Shown piece by piece: positions 48,881-62,096 of a stretch of 64,000 nt of DNA. The DNA is taken from NCBI RefSeq assembly GCF_963676685.1, contig NC_092350.1, positions 61,442,001 through 61,506,000 on the forward strand. Direction: 5' to 3'. A program made the position numbers and the translations under genes. Each line of letters begins with the position of its first letter. Position 1 is the stretch's first letter. Source of the DNA: Mytilus edulis. Taxonomy: Eukaryota. The notes below the pieces were generated by a model. The model saw only the letters and a program-made list of their open reading frames with translations. It had not been told where the DNA came from and ran no database searches.

Positions 48881-50662
48881 AAATTATTTCATATGGATTG
48901 TTTTATACCTAAAATCTATGAGACTCATTCACGAAATAAATAATTAAAATAAAGGTAAATACTTATCATTGTAGAAAATAAATCTACCATCAGTTTGAAT
49001 GAAAACCAACTATTTTCTCTATAGAACAAATGTTTGAGATGATGATGTCGAAGTCGAAGTGGTGACGATGATGAAGTCGACATCGCGACGACGATAATGA
49101 CGATGACAACTAGAAAATGACGATAAATGTGATGACAATGACGATGACTACGATGATGATGTGCTTTCTTGAAGCATTTTTAGGGATAAGATCACACGTA
49201 TTGCAAAAGCTACTTAAAAACACACTAGCAGTAGATGATACTTCAACAATTAAAGAATTTATTGAAAGCAAACTTAAATTACTCCATCTGTCGACTCAGC
49301 CTTCATACCTTTCATTGGTAATACCTTATAGATATCAGTCCTAGACTTGAGTTATAAATTTTACCTCAGGACCGGATCCCGCAATTTTTGAAAGAGGGGG
49401 TTACAACCCAGGATAACTGAATCTATCCATAATTATTTCTTATTCAACGTTAGTAAAGTTCTATCATTTCCCGGGTTTATCTTCTTTTTTTATTTCATTT
49501 TTGTTTTTGTTTGTTTATGTAACACTTCTTCTGATTTGCTGATTTGTCTATCGGATAATGTTCACCACATTTAATTTATGTCATTTCTTCAATATAGATA
49601 TACAACACTTTCAGCTAGAATATTTAAAACAAAATAATGAATTAATCATCCGTAAGAGCTTTTTCCGATAACTATAGCAAACTTTGAGACGGAATCTTGA
49701 AAATCTTAATTCATTAATATTTTCCTTAAGGTAAACAATGACCACATAATTATTACAAACAGTTTAGAAATAATTGACTAACGTACAGAAATATTGGTCA
49801 TGGTAAAATTCATGTTTAATGTTTTATTTTTACAAATTGCCTGCCAAACAAAAATGTTCATATTAAATGTGAGTGGGTGGTCGTACAAGGAGTTTCTTCA
49901 AAAGAGAGGTTAAACTGTATTCAATTTTTTTTAAATAAAATGTGTGACAAAAATAATACACTTGGTTTGAATGTTGGCATTCGAGGAAGACGCAGTTTGA
50001 TTCCATCGTCTGTTTATCCAGACGTACCCACAGGTGCCTGCGAATTGACCCCCTATTTCTGGCATTTTATTTTTGTGTCTTGTACTATTTTTAGAAAACA
50101 TTCTTTTAAATAATAACTTTTTTTTCACTTATTTAATGTGTTCTTCATGTTATCCATGCGATTACAGTCTTTATAGATTTTGACTGTCTTATATGGAAAA
50201 GAATACCAATAATAGTGGTTCAAACTTTATATAGTATAACAACATGTTAAATAGGCGACAATAAGTTAAAATATTCAAAGTTTTTACACACACAGACATA
50301 AAACAGAATGGCCATCTATGAGAGAAAACAAAGTTCAAGCGATCGCGTAGTGTAAAATGATACTGTTTAGTTAATTCGGAACATTATGCTACGTTACGGT
50401 ATTGGAAGAGGTGGTTACATTGTATGTATTAACCTTTAAAACAAAATCCAAAAGTCAACAAATCAAAAGTCAAAAACAAGGAATATATCTCCATAGCTGT
50501 TCTTGATCTCAATGTCACAGTGATGCCATCAATGCGGTTCAAAGTCTTACATCTTACTTCAAGTTAAGAACCTACCCACAGAACACTGTTGCGGAGAAAC
50601 ATCCGAAAATCAAATTTCTTAACTTTTCATTATTAGTACTGGAAATTTAATACAACATAATG

Positions 50663-50823
50663 CAGGCGCTGATTCAGATAGGACACACCTATAAAATAAT
50701 GGGAAAATGTATTTTTTTAATAAAAAGTACACATGCATTTGTCAAAATTTAATCTCATTATTCTAACTCCTAATGCGCAGGGATGCCCATCCCTAAAACA
50801 TCAAAATGCTGGATCCGCGCCTG
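50663..50823. mobile_element. MITE with CAG...CTG ends and 5-bp TSD (TAATG)
   Basis: CAGGCGCTGATTCAG / CTGGATCCGCGCCTG; older paralogous copy at ~10784-10935. Confidence 0.8.
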
Positions 50824-52551
50824 TAATGCACGAGTTCATTAACCACAGAAAGATCTTATTTTATTACACTATAGGGAATTTGTAGAAGATTGTGATCTCT
50901 TCGGTGTTATTGGTCCAGTCTATCGTGGTGTATTTGACGGTCTATTTAAACTTATACTAAAGCAGTCGTATTGATTTGATTAAAATATAACAAGACTGCA
51001 CTTCATTTTGTGGTATTAAATTTGAGATAACGATTGAAATATTACATTTGGTGAGACGTTGTTCAAATAAAATGATATATGCAGCCTTTTGGTAATTTCC
51101 TTTTACGCCGTTATCTACGATAGAAACCGAGTTATGGGGAAAACAAACAAATATCGTATCCCGCTTGGAATTATTTAAGGTTTATTAGTACACGAACCAG
51201 ATAAATGCATTAACATGTTGCAACCATGAGATGCGTGCACCACCCTTATCTGCTAATGTGCAGTCAAAACATATTGATCGTACCTTGCCCATATTGAAGA
51301 TATAAGGGTATGGAAAAAAGGGGGGCTTTTGTGTTTAAGACAATTTATCTCTATTTTCTTTTTATTTTATGTCTATTATTCTCTACTATTTATCTAGTGT
51401 TTCTCTATTCTTTATTTTTTCGTCAATTTATTCTATACTTTTAGCCAAACATTCTCTATTCTGTAATCAATCACCATTGGAGCCCTAGCTGATGCAGGGA
51501 CCCTCTTTCGTGGTTGTATCGATATATAAACCTTATGTGTGTGGCGCTCTTTGTCTCAAATACGCAATGTTTACCGAAAAGGTTACATGAAAGGGAAATA
51601 TTGTATTGATAGTATATTGTACACATATATAAATGTATTTCGAACTGTACTAAGTATAACTTTTTTTCGGGGCTTATCCAAAGTTCACGAGGTTTACTGT
51701 AATTGTGTATTGTTAAAGGAAAATAAGCATAATTATATCGTTTAATTGATAATGCTTAGTACATATAGTAATTGCAATTTCGAGATAAAAAACATAAATA
51801 TTTCATGCATATGTTCAGGAGCTACATATTCAAATTCACAATATTCACAGATTATTTTTTATACTTTTATAAAGCAGAATAAGAATACGTTGCTTTAGTA
51901 TATGTTTAATAGTAGAGTACATGTATTTAAATGATATCCATGATAATCCATACACCGGTGCCTCGATAGAATGCTCTACATTGATTGGTGGTTGATTGCT
52001 TGATGTCCAGTGGCAATTATTTCATGCAAATTATTCAGGACTCATGCTTAGTAATGTGTAACAATCTGTAGTCATCAAATACAAGCCGCTCCCTCCCTCT
52101 GCAAAAAAAAAAATGCATAACAACTGCCTGGAGTCTCTGTATCAATAGCCGGTCTCAGGGTTATCACTTTTCGAAAGTTGTGGGCCCCCACCCCCTTTAA
52201 TCTTTTTGTTGAGACCCTGCTATGTCTCTTCCCCACCCTTTCAATCGTTTTGATAAATCCTTGCTATTTCTCGTTTCCCATGCGACCTTAATTTTAATGC
52301 TGAACTACCTTTATACTTTCATAATTTTTATTAATGATATGTCATTGTCAATTTCAACTTTGACCCTGTAGGTCACATGTACAATTAGCTATTAGTTTGG
52401 TTAAACTTTACTTTAAGCGTAAGTCATATACGATGTTTAAAAATAGCTTAAAAAGTAACATTAATTCACTGTCCTTGTCGTTAAAAAAAACCTTAATTGA
52501 ATACAGATGCGTGACGTCGAGGAAATGCATATTATACCGGGGTGGGGGAGC

Positions 52552-52641
52552 ACAGGCACTTGTCTCAGACATTTTTCCCCTATATACCTTTATGTGTTAT
52601 ATAAAGGTATATAGGGGGGAAATTACGAGACAAGTGCCTGT
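52552..52641. repeat. 90-bp near-perfect hairpin
   Basis: 15-bp outer stem ACAGGCACTTGTCTC and 17-bp inner stem CCCCTATATACCTTTAT, both perfect. Confidence 0.9.
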
Positions 52642-53703
52642 TTGAGGATGGCGTTCTGGTTATTCAGCTTACCCTAACAAAGAATTGGAGCCCATTTCAG
52701 AATAGCAAATCATATTTAAAAAATATTCGATCCATTTTACAACACTCGTTTAATTACATCAAAGTCGCCCAGTTTTATTTGGATTTTTAGACTTTATTTC
52801 GTTTTCTCTCCCTTCCGACACTTTCGATAAGTAATTGAAAGTATTCAATGTTGGTAGACCAATAAGGGGTCTGAAATTTGGAACAATCATTCTATATTGG
52901 CTATTTCCTTTGGTCAATAAGGCGCCTATCGAGTACAGCCTTGTTTTATTTCTTCAAACACAGCTCAGATTCAGTTCTTATGTATAGATATGGTGGGATA
53001 CATCATTTAATAGAAGGTTTAATGGTTTTATATCATCGCTCAACTTAAGAATATGTTTACTAGTTTATTTACTGAAAAGTAACAGTTTTACGGTATTTTT
53101 AAACTAGTCGTACTTTATAGTAACCTCGCTTGATGTATAGGTATTCACTTTATCTACCCTTTAAGCGTATTTAAGATACAAAAAAAGTAGTGATAAAGTT
53201 CGATTAAAGTGTGGAAAGGATTTTAGAAAATATAAATAATGAAGCTAATTTTCATAATCTTTTCAGCTCAAATACAAATATTGTCCTAAAATCAAACAGA
53301 TCGATGAATTACGCATGTGTTTGAAATCTAGAGTATGCGCAGTGACGTCCACTAAGAAAATCAAAGGCGGGTTTTAGCAGGGATGTCATTTTCAACATTT
53401 TTAGTCGGAATAATTTTTAAAATATACTTTTGTGTTTTTATCATACTTTCTTTGTTGTCCACAGCAGGTAAGATTTTTATACGAAATTAACCGAAAAAAT
53501 ATTTACAAAATTAACTTACAAATATGCAATATATTATATAGACATTTTGTTTACTTAAAACTTATCTTCCGTCATCAAAATTTAAAATTTGTGCGTAAAT
53601 CATGAAAGTGAAATATTGCTCGACCAGTGCATTTGTTTAATATACTGCATTAATGTCATTAATGGCAAAAAATTTAATTTATCGAAATGTTATGCACACT
53701 TCA

Positions 53704-53872
53704 CAGTGGCGGATCCAGGGGGGGGGGGGGGGGGGTTCCGGGGGTGCGCACCCCCCTTTATTTTTGCCGATCAATGCATTTGTATCGGGACATATGTTTT
53801 GCACCCCCCCTGCACCCCCCCTTTGCCCTGGGTTAGCACCCCCCCTTTCGAAAATTCCTGCATCCGCCCCTG
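53704..53872. mobile_element. MITE with CAG...CTG ends and 5-bp TSD (CTTCA)
   Basis: CAGTGGCGGATCCAGG / CCTGCATCCGCCCCTG. Confidence 0.88.
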
Positions 53873-53907
53873 CTTCATTTTAAACAATGTGCACTAGTTA
53901 TTATAAA

Positions 53908-54262
53908 AAAAGAAGATGTGGTAGGATTACCGATGAAACAACTGTCCACAAGAGACCAAAATGACACAGACATTAACAACTACATTATATGTCACCGTAC
54001 GGCCTTCAACAATGAGCAAAGCCCATACCGCATAGTCAGCTATAAAAGGCCCCGAAATGACCAATGTAAAACAATTCAAATGAGAAAACTAACGGCCTTA
54101 TTTGTATAAAAAAAATGAACGAAAAACAAATATGTAACACATAAAAAAAAAAAAGTCAAACACTGAATTACAGGCTCCTGACTTAAATAATGTGGCGAAG
54201 TTAAAGATGTTCGCGGGATCCCAACCCTCCCCTAACCTGGGACAGTGGTAAAACAGTACAAA
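53908..54262 (-). repeat. SINE-like family A copy
   Basis: Matches 14038-14352. Confidence 0.85.
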
Positions 54263-54689
54263 TAAGTGTTGATTAAAAGAAAAACTGAAACAAATTTGAA
54301 AAAGGCAGGCGTTTTGAGTCGCTGTCCATTCGTTTAATGTGTTGGAACTTTTGATTTTACCCTTTGATTATAAAAGGGATTTTTTTTTTAATTTTCCTCA
54401 GAGTTCAGTATCTTTGTGATTTTACTTTTTAATGAGAGATTTTATCGTTGTTCAGTTGTTGGGTAGATAAAATCATTTTAGGAATAAAAGGCGTGTTTTT
54501 GTTCTCTTTCACAGCGGAAATCTTAAATTTTTACTTTATTTTTTCTAAAACATAAAAAAAGGAAGATGTGATATGATTGTAAATGAGACAACTCTCCATG
54601 GAGACCAACTGACATAGAATTTAACTACTATATGTACCCGTACGGCTTACAACAATGAGCAACGTCCCCAGTCCGAAGTAGCTGTAACA

Positions 54690-54960
54690 AATTGTACGCT
54701 CCTCGTCCAACGTTATAAGCTCTTCGACAATAATTGTATGCTCATCGTCAAAATGTGTACGTAATCATCTAAATGTGTGCACTTCTCGTCAAAGTTGTTC
54801 ACTCATCGTCAAATATTGACCGCTCCTAGTCAAAACTTGTACGCTGCAAGTCAAAAGTTGTTTCCTCCTCGTCCTCGTCAAGAATTTAACGCTCTTTGTC
54901 AAAAGATGTATAATGTTCATCAAGTTGTTACCTATTCGTCAAAGTTGTACGCTTCTTTCC
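54690..54960. repeat. Degenerate ~21-bp tandem repeat (TTGTACGCTCCTCGTCAAAA-like)
   Basis: Recurrent TCGTCAAA/TTGTAC motifs; related units at 56895-56965. Confidence 0.7.
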
Positions 54961-55099
54961 AAAAGACGAGAACGACTACAGTCGCTATCAAATTACATTT
55001 TGTACCTGGTACTAGTATGGTAAAATGTGACAGAAAAAAAAATTAAAGTATACAAAAAGACTGCTTATAAATCAATAAACGAAAACCCGTAATGAAAGC

Positions 55100-55885
55100 C
55101 AGTATATCCAATAAACAACAGCCACATGGTTGTATGCTCCTAGCTTGTGAAGTGGACGACAATCACCATCGACAACTGGATAACATGCTTTTGGTAACAC
55201 ACGAAACAACTGGATTACTTAGTATTATGCTCCTTGTATGGTTAACAGCAATCCACGGCACCATTGTAATACATGCTACAGGTACGGTTTGCAGCAACCC
55301 ACGAAACCACTGGATTACACACTGCTGGTACGGTTGACAGCATCCCCCCCCCAAAAAAAAACACACTGAAGCCAAATTTACCGGTACTACTGTTATGGTT
55401 GACGGAAACTCACGAAACCACTGGATTACATGCTCCTGGGACGGTTTATAACAACCCACGATATCATTGGATAATATTCTCCTTTACGGTGGACAGCAAC
55501 TTACCTAACCAATGGATTGCATGCCTCTTGTACAGTTGACAGCAACCAACGAACCAACTGGATAACATGATTCTGTTGCAGTTGACGACAGCATTCAAAA
55601 CCCCTGGATTGCATGCTCCTGGTTTGGTTGATATTAACTGAAGAATTCACTGGACAGCATGGTTCTGCTAGGTTTCAGCAAATCAATTCACGAAACAACT
55701 GAATTACATGCTCCTTGAACGGTAAATAGCATCACACGAAAACCTTGGATTACATGCCTAAGGTTCGATTTAACCACAGGATTACGTGATCCTGGTACGG
55801 TTGACAGCAACCCTCGAACGCACTGGATTATATTATATTGCAATTGTTTACAGCAACCAACGAAACAATCGGATTACATGCTCCT
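55100..55885. repeat. Degenerate 46-bp tandem repeat, ~16 copies
   Basis: Unit CACGAAACCACTGGATTACATGCTCCTGGTACGGTTGACAGCAACC. Confidence 0.85.
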
Positions 55886-56009
55886 ATATCTAGTACCATT
55901 GTAAACTGTAATAATAAAAAAAAAAACGACGATGTCAGACATATTCAGCATTGAGTGAAATTTGAATGAATGTCAAATAATTTCTGAGGGAACAATTAAC
56001 AAACAACAC

Positions 56010-56395
56010 TGGAAATGAAAATGAAAATGGGGAATGTATCGAAGAGACAACAACCCGACCAAAAAGCAGACAACCGCCGAAGTCCACCAATGGGTCTTCA
56101 ATGCAGCGGAAAACTCCCCCACCCGGAGGCGTGCTACAGCTGGCCCCTAAACAAAAATGTATACTTGTTCAGTGATAACGAACGTCATATTAAACATACA
56201 CAAGAAACTAAAATTAAAAATCATACCAGACTAACAAAGACAAGGGGCGCCTAACTTGGGACAGGCGCAAAAATGCGGCGGTGTTAAACATGTTTTGTGA
56301 GATCTCAACCCTCCCCTATACATTTTGTACCTCTGGCCAATGCAGAAAAAACAGACACGCAACAATTCGCACAGTTAAAGTCAGTTCAAAAGAGG
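56010..56395 (-). repeat. SINE-like family B copy
   Basis: Reverse complement of 13245-13630. Confidence 0.8.
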
Positions 56396-58561
56396 TCTTG
56401 AATTTCTAGGATTTACAACAGAATGCATATCATTGGAAAACAGTATCACAAATTAGTGAAATTACGCATCACGCCATTGAAAGATCCAAATAGAACGGAA
56501 ATGGGGGAGGGGGGGGCAGACGTTAGGGGACAAAATAGGTTCAGCACCTAAACTCAAATGAAATCATAGTATTTTCTTGGGAAGTGAATGAGCGACAGAA
56601 AATGATATTCAAAACCAAATACAACAGTTTTTTTTTTAAGTTCGGCTTAATGCTTTTAACATTTTGACTTTGTATGCTAGTAATTCTTCAATTATTTAAG
56701 TTAAAATGCTGTTATTCAAGACTGAATAACAATTTTTTTCAAGACTGAATAACAATTTACTGTTTGTGGTAACTTTTACTGAAATTGTCCCGTTTCTGGA
56801 CACTAAGAGGGTTAAGAAGACCAAACAAATAGCAACTTATGTTTTATTTTATTTCTCAACGGCATTAAAAAAAATGAAAGGGGAAGTCTTAGTTCAAAAG
56901 TTGTACGTGCATCGTAAAAACCTGTTCGCCTTTCCACACACTGTAAGTTCCTCGTCAAAGGTTGTATATATCAATGGCTCTTTTGCGCCAAGAGATTGGG
57001 CCAAACGCCCCAACACTTCGATATACCTTCTATCATTTACAATCATACCACATCTTCCCATCACAATTTTAGATTTTCATCCCCAATAATTATATTAGTT
57101 AAACTTCGAGTCGGGATTGTCGGTTAGAAGTTTCGTGTACTCAATTTTCATATAAGAAACGGCAACAATTACAACAATTTTTTTTTAGTAAACATGATTT
57201 CAAAGTGGTTAAAGATCGTTAATCAATTCAATAGCAGTAAACATGGAGGTTTAAATTTTTTTTTTGATATGGTAACAAACAGAGAAACAGAGGAACTGAA
57301 TTAATTATGATGAGTACAATGCCAGTTGAGTTTCGGATTCCGATTAAGGGGAAAGGGGGAATGAACCATCGTTTTTGCTTGACAACTAACAATTTTGAAT
57401 GGTGACCACCTGTTCATATGACTTACATGTACATTGTCCCCCTTTTTTAATGGCTAGATCTCCTAACAACAAGCAGGGGATAACATATTTTTGAGATGTG
57501 GCAACGGTTATAAAGAGTGAAAATGTGGGGATGTGGGATACTGAGAGGGGTCGGGTGTAAAAAATGGGTTCTTTGAAAATAATAAGGGAAAAGGTTGGGA
57601 TTACAACAAAAGTCGGATTTCGGAAATGACCACCCCAGTGTCTCGAGGTCTCTCACCTCAAACATGGTATAAATTCAACTTGATATGGTCTAGAGACTAG
57701 ATATACACTCAAGAAAATTCTGAATTGACGTTAGTCCATCAATTCGTTTACCTTTAACTCCTGTTTCGAATGCTATTGATCTTAAGAGAAATTATTAGCA
57801 TAAAGTTATCTGAAACTGATGACATAAATAAGTTTCATACCACGGTAGTAGAAATTAGGAGTAAGGTCATTGGTACAAAGGGTCCTCTAAATACCAAAGG
57901 GTTATAAAGGACTATTTCAATTTTCAATATTGGGAATCAAAAAGATACTGTTGATTACTAGTATATAATGTTTTGCTAAGCGTCCAGTAGCAAATATTTC
58001 ATGCTTGTTCATAACGATTGAATGCAATTGTGATTTTATAATATATTATACCGATATATAGAATTCAATCTTTTTATTGATTTCTATTTCACGTCATTTT
58101 ATGTAATTTTTGCCATTTGCATCAAAATATGCAAAAGAAAAACTAGTTTTAACCCCGCCATACTATCTATGTTCGTATTCTTATCCCAAGCCAGGGACAT
58201 GTTTATAAAGCGCAAAACGTATTTGATAAAACAACTACTTCATTATGCTTTCAGATAGGTTCTGAGCATTTAATTATAAAATGAAATAACTTAAGTTAGT
58301 TTAAATTGAATGTCAGTATTATAGTACAGTTGAGAATATGAAAATCTTTCTGTTTATGTAGCTACGACTATTTCTTTTAACACTTATTCGACCATAACAA
58401 ATTACTTACCGAAAATGTTAATTGCGTTCTGTCATCTCTGATGACTTTTCTCAAACTGTTGAAACTTAGACAAGGCCTATAACCTAAAAATGCATTAGTC
58501 CTCTTTATAGTTAGACCTATATTGTTAAAACATAGCATCCCTCTAGAGTCCTTGTCTTTAA

Positions 58562-58867
58562 AGTCTTCTCGGAAAAAAAATATATCAGCATACTGCATGG
58601 ACTGTACTCGTGTTTTCTGTGTCGGCTGATGCAGAGGACCATAATATCCACGTGTCAAGTCAGATATTCTTGTTATTTTGCCGGTTTCTGCTACAAAGAA
58701 GTATACTTTTGCATGATGGTGTTATTTCAGTGTCTTTTCGGAAAAAATAACTTCAGCGTGCTGCCTAAACTGCATTCGCGTTTTCTGTGTCGGCTGCTTA
58801 AAAGGTTCCTGTTATTTTGTCGGTCTCTGTTACAAGGAAGTGTACTTTAGCATGATGGTGTTATTTT
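58562..58867. repeat. Imperfect tandem duplication (period ~169 bp)
   Basis: GTTTTCTGTGTCGGCTG and GCATGATGGTGTTATTT each occur twice, in order. Confidence 0.75.
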
Positions 58868-59229
58868 TATATTATAAGTTGAACATCAAAGATTGCGTAA
58901 TACTGTTTCATAAATCGTCTGTTTCACTTCTTGAAGTACCTACTTATAAATCATATATTCTAATATGTCAATAATGAACGCGATTGTTCTAGACCCTGCC
59001 GACTAAAACTGGTTGAATTCAGTAAATCAAATATGTTGCGCAAACAGTGCTCGAGTTATATAGCTGTTCTCAAACCGTGTATTTCAGCAAAAGCATGTAC
59101 TTTTAAAGTTTTTAAAATGAGTCTAGTATTATATCGAATGTATGTATGAAAAAAAGTATTCATCTAAAAAAATATAAAGCATGTACCAAATGACAACAAT
59201 TAAAGTTGTAATCATGAGTATTATCCCAA

Positions 59230-59406
59230 CCAGGCATAGATTGCCTTAGTCGTATTTGGAACAACTTTTTGGAATTTCTGTTTTTAACCAATCGGCTTAC
59301 TTGAATACTTGAATTTGCCTTTCGACTGTTTTGATTCTAGAATATGCAGACGAAATCCGTGACTGCTGTATCAAATTTTAATCCTGGTATGTTTGACAAG
59401 TTTTAT
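59230..59406 (+). mobile_element. Degenerate retrozyme-like relic with the 5' half of the hammerhead deleted
   Basis: CAGGCATAGATTGCCTTAG..GTATTTGG matches 13818-13850; keeps AGACGAAA but lacks CUGAUGA. Confidence 0.6.
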
Positions 59407-61531
59407 AGATTTGGGTTAGTAAAGAAAGAAATCTTCAGTCCATTAGTCTGTATTGGGTTGATCAAGACCTTTCACCAAGATCTCAGAAGTTACTTTACAT
59501 TTGACGCTAGAAATCAACAACAATAATATAAGAAGAAGAAGCTTGGCTAATTATTTATCATTTGTTCTCGACTTGTCCTAAGTTAGGAGTCTGTGATTGT
59601 CGTGTGTTGCTGTATATTACATTTGTTTGTCGTTTATTGTTTTGTACATAAATCAGGCCGTTAGTTTTCTCGTTTGGATTGTTTTACATTTGTTATTTCT
59701 AGAACTTGCATAGCTTACTTTATATGTTTTGCTAATAGTAAAGTGACAAATAGTTGACTTTAGTTAACTTCATTGTCATTATTGTCTCTTTTGAAGTGTT
59801 ATCTCATTAGCAATCGTACCACATCTTATTGTATTTTTACAAATTAGCAATTTTTGTTTATAAATGCGTTCAACAGAAACACACCGTACTTAAAAACTTT
59901 TTTTTCATTGAACACGAAAATGTGTAAAATTTCTGTTTACGATTTTAGGTATATAACGAAGCCTCTCTTATATGGACATGTATTCTTTTCAAGTAAAATT
60001 TGTCCATTTTTAGAGTGTGGCCCTGACATGGTAAAATAAATACAATACACATATTTCATTATACATTCTAATACAGTGAATCTATAGAACATGAAATTAA
60101 CACGTTGCCTGCAACTTTATCCTAAATCACAAAAAAGCAAACAAACATAAAAAAAAGCCTCAAGGAGAATGCGGTCACGTACATATTGACCTGATTTTAG
60201 CCTCGCTTTGAGGACAAAGTTCCGTACTTTATTGCTAACGAGTTTTAACTAGCGACAAACTATTATGGTTAGTAGTATGTTAACTTGTCATAATATATCA
60301 TATTTCTTTTAAAAGTGAGGTGTTATAAAAGTGAAAGACAGGTTTCTCTATATCCCGTCGCATTAATCGTTTTAAAAATTGTTTCTATAACTGATTGCAA
60401 GTTGAGATTGAATAAAAAGGATGCGTTTATCTAGTCTACATTGTCATATTCGGCGGTATGGGCTTTGTTCACTATTGAAGGCTGTACGGTGACCTATAGT
60501 TTTTCATTTCTGTGTCATTTTGGTCTCTTGTGGAGAGTTGTCTCATTGACAATCATACCACATCTTCTTTTTTATATATTCTTTATGTGTATTGTTTCAA
60601 AATTTACAAATAACTTGTTGGGTAATGTTTCTGCATATGATAGGTCCATATCGAAATCAGTTTTTTCCTAAAATTCCTAAGCATTTTATAAGATAAAATT
60701 GATAAATTGATTTCATTTATTGTTAATTGCTTATTTTTGGACTTCTGTTTTTTCTTTTCTCCTTTAAGTTTATTTAAGTTGCCATACTATCGGTTATCAG
60801 TATTTCAATATCTCTCTTTTTTTATTTTTTAGATACTTTTTCTCTAGATATATTTTCTTTGAAAAATACCGTTATAAGTTTTGCAAAATGGTCCCCTGGC
60901 CAATTTATTTAATTTTAAACTTGTGACTCATTATTATTGATTTATCTTTACTAAACGTGTTATCTATGTTTGTTCTTTTCAGTTGCATTTTTACACACCC
61001 AGTACAGTCACCCGGACATTAATTTATAAACATGACAAACGCGTTGAAAGATTATCAGTTGAATAGGGTTTTAAAATACATGTACTTTATAGTTAGTACA
61101 AATGAGTTATAAATACAGAGATAAGTCGGGATCGATTTCCTTTGATACACATGTCTGTCTTGAAATATTTACCAATGTCAATGCCCTTTTAGTCGTCAAA
61201 AGTAAAATAAAAAAAATACTGAACTCCGGGGAAAACTGGCAAAATAAAATAATAAAACATATCAAACGAATGGACAACAACTGTCACATTCCTAACTTGG
61301 TACAGGCATTTTCAAATGTAGAAAATGGTCACGGATTGAACCTGGTTTTATAGCGCTTAACCTCTCACTTGTACGACAGTCGCATCAATTTCCATTATAT
61401 TGACAATGATACGTGAAAAAAATGTCACAACTAGGGGTACAAAAACAACAAGGACCCCAAGTGTCATTAGTTGGATCAGTAACTATTTGGATCAATAACT
61501 ATTTGGATCAATAACTGTCTGGATCAAAAAC

Positions 61532-61702
61532 CAGGGGCGGATCCAGCCATTTTAAAAAGGGGGGTCCTAACCCAGGACAAAGGGGGGGGGGGGGGGAGGG
61601 GGGTTCCAATTACATGTCCCCATTCAAATGCATTGATCGTCCAAAAAAAAAGGGGGGTTCCAACCCAAGGACCCCCCCCCCCCCCTCTGGATCCGCCGCC
61701 TG
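61532..61702. mobile_element. CAGGGGCGGATCCAG-family MITE inserted in a short TGGATCAATAACTATT tandem array (61470-61530)
   Basis: Same head as the 9398 copy; TSD AAAAC/ATAAC. Confidence 0.85.
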
Positions 61703-62096
61703 ATAACTATCCTTATCACATCTTTTGTACTAAAATGTACAATTTTGTATGTATGTACAATAATAGCCGGAAGTACTAGTCGATTATTTGCTCTTGAGAC
61801 CAATGTCGATATATGTCCTCAAATACCAATATTAAACAAACGGAACTAATTTCCGCGGAACATGTCAGTTTAAAACAATGAATAAAATATCTGATAAATC
61901 GATCTTTACTTGGCATTTTCCATATTGACCCTGGTACTAGCCCTTGTCTCATATCAGTCCTCTGGCTTGTTATGTGAATTTCTGGTGTATATCTGATTAA
62001 TGGAAGCGCGGGAAAACGTGCTTAGATCAATGCTTTAAAAATACCAATAACATTATAAAAAGAGGCATCCAAGTCTTATATGTCACTGTGTAGGAT

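Larger units (their letters stand above)
42795..52525 (+). repeat. Segmental duplication copy B
   Basis: Collinear with 3225-12975. Confidence 0.92.
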
